A stretch of DNA of 64,000 nt from Haliotis rubra (lineage: Eukaryota), in NCBI RefSeq assembly GCF_003918875.1, contig NW_025766536.1, positions 744,001-808,000 of the forward strand. Direction: 5' to 3'. This document shows, piece by piece, positions 62,233 to 64,000 of the stretch. Position 1 is the stretch's first letter, and the number at the start of each line of letters is the position of its first letter. Below the pieces are notes generated by a model. That model saw nothing but the letters and a program-made list of their open reading frames with translations. It did no database searches and was not told the origin of the DNA. The translations under genes were made by a program, and so were the position numbers.

Positions 62233-63000
62233 ATGAAATGTCGACTTTGCAATGAATTCACCGAGACTGTCCAACACCTTGTTAGTGGATGCCCTTCCTT
62301 GGCACAAACAGCATATCTTAAACGACATGATGGCATGGCTCGCTGCTTTTACTACCGTCTCCGACATGCCTGTGGCTTTGACTCTGAGGTCCATCCATGG
62401 TACGACCCTGAACATGTCCAGGGCGTCATGGAAAATGATGCTTTCAAACTTCTCTGGAATAGGCCCATATACAGCCTCAGAAGAATTCCTGCCAACAAAC
62501 CTGATCATGTCCTTTTTGATAAAGCCAATGAATTTATTTATAGCATTGAATTTTCTGTCCCTTTTGACAGGAATGTGATTAACAAGATCAAGGAAAAGCA
62601 TGATAAATATGCGGACCTCGCCTTTGAAATGTCTCGCTTACATCCCAAGTACACTGTCGTCAGGCTCCCCATTGTTCTCGGTGCCCTTGGTTTGGTACCT
62701 CCTGATCTCTTGGCGCAGATCAGGAGAGTGCCCGGGTTCTCCACCGGGAGTACAGCTCTTCTGACACTCTGGGTAATGCAGAAGGCTGCAGTGTTGGGGA
62801 GCCTTCATTTTCTCCGGAAAGTTCTTGGTGGGTTCGACTAGGCAGCGTTTCCTGGGAGAAGTCCCATTCGCTGTCTGGGCTGCGTGTAGAGGGGGCAAGG
62901 GCCCTGAGCTGATGATGAGCCTTACCAGCCTGACTGTGCCAGGATCACCCGAACCCTCTCTGCTGCATATTATCTTTAATCTGTAAAACATAATAATAAT
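62233..63000 (+). mobile_element. 5'-truncated R4/Dong-clade non-LTR retrotransposon (CCHC knuckle plus restriction-like endonuclease; ORF 62233-62841) with (TAA)n tail
   Basis: CRLC..ETVQHLVSGC, YLKRHD, NKPD..IEFSVP..KEKHDKY, IVLGALG, MQKAAVLGS; flanked by (CTA)n/(TAA)n. Confidence 0.9.
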
Positions 63001-63002
63001 AA

Positions 63003-63288
63003 ATCAGGAGAGTGCCCGGGTTCTCCACCGGGAGTACAGCTCTTCTGACACTCTGGGTAATGCAGAAGGCTGCAGTGTTGGGGAGCCTTCATATTCTCCG
63101 GAAAGTTCTTGGTGGGTTCGACTAGGCAGCGTTTCCTGGGAGAAGTCCCATTCGCTGTCTGGGCTGCGTGTAGAGGGGGCAAGGGCCCTGAGCTGATGAT
63201 GAGCCTTACCAGCCTGACTGTGCCAGGATCACCCGAACCCTCTCTGCTGCATATTATCTTTAATCTGTAAAACATAATACTAATAATA
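63003..63288 (+). mobile_element. Second, shorter 3' fragment of the same R4/Dong element
   Basis: Near-identical to 62719-63000. Confidence 0.9.
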
Positions 63289-63858
63289 AATGTGAACTTA
63301 TAATGCGCCTTTTCCATGCACAAGGCCTATGCTCAAAGCGCTAACAAAGTGAGTGGATAATATACATATATTCAATGAGGGACTAGTAGCTAGTCAAAAC
63401 GCAGTGAAAACAGATGAGTGTTGAGAAGTCGTTTGAAGGATTTAAAGTCAACTGCTGATTTAATGGTGATAGGGAGAGAGTTCCAGAGTGGAGGGGCAGA
63501 GCAGGCAAAGGATTTCCTTCCAAACGTTTGCAGTTTGAACCGAGGCACAGAGAGTAGGTTCAGATTCTGAGAACGGAGCTGTCTTTCTGGAGTGTATGGG
63601 GTAAGAAGTGCTTTCAAGTATTCTGGGCCATTGCCATTGAGGCATTTGTAGACAAAACACAATATTTTAAAGTCAATTCTTGATTTAACAGGCAGCCAGT
63701 GGAGGTTTTTCATGTCAGGTGTTATGTGGGAGCGCTTTGAAGTTCTGCTTATGATTCGGGAGGCTGTATTTTGGACATTTTGCAATTTTGATACAAGCTT
63801 CTGAGAAATACAAAAAAGGAGGCTATTACAGTAATCAATTCTTGATATAACAAGGTTC
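63289..63858 (-). mobile_element. L2-clade LINE 3' fragment (ORF2 C-terminus, stop at 63390)
   Basis: QNVQNTASRII...SHITP..KNLHWLPVKSRIDFKI...GRKSF..SAPPLWNSLP; 3' UTR tail agcgctttgagcat...gcgcattataa followed by (ATT)n. Confidence 0.92.
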
Positions 63859-64000
63859 CCTACACAATACCTTCAGTGTTGTTATTAACTGATAAATGTC
63901 AGGCAAAATATTTTAGTTGGAGAAGTGTTCAAAACGTTCTATGATGTTCATTTCCTTCATGATCATTAGATACAGACAGACGTGGAGGGTCACAGAAAGC

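Overview
This is eukaryotic animal genomic DNA. The SINE repertoire resembles that of a gastropod mollusc such as abalone (inferred, not proven). The window has four main parts. (1) The last intron, last coding exon (7758-8611) and probable 3' UTR of a DYRK1A/minibrain kinase gene. (2) An array of four ~435-aa PAPS-dependent sulfotransferase-like paralogues, each with a single coding exon. Three lie in a tandem segmental duplication on the minus strand; a fourth is inverted on the plus strand and carries one strongly diverged block after the 3'-PB motif. (3) Tail-to-tail with the fourth copy, a probable ~4.7-kb terminal exon (53461-58198, minus) encoding an acidic Gly/Asp/Tyr repeat protein built of 22-aa units DDDYYGGGGGDADNGKGSGGGG; its 3' part looks scrambled in this assembly. 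(4) Dense repeats: four SINE families, many MITEs with identifiable target-site duplications (TSDs), Tc1, R4/Dong and L2 fragments, and 40-bp and 23-bp satellites. The best candidate for a novel system is the physical pairing of an expanded, diversifying sulfotransferase array with a protein made of repeated tyrosine-sulfation-type motifs (DDDYY) and Ser-Gly motifs. This is a possible enzyme-plus-substrate gene cluster, and the functional link is inference only.
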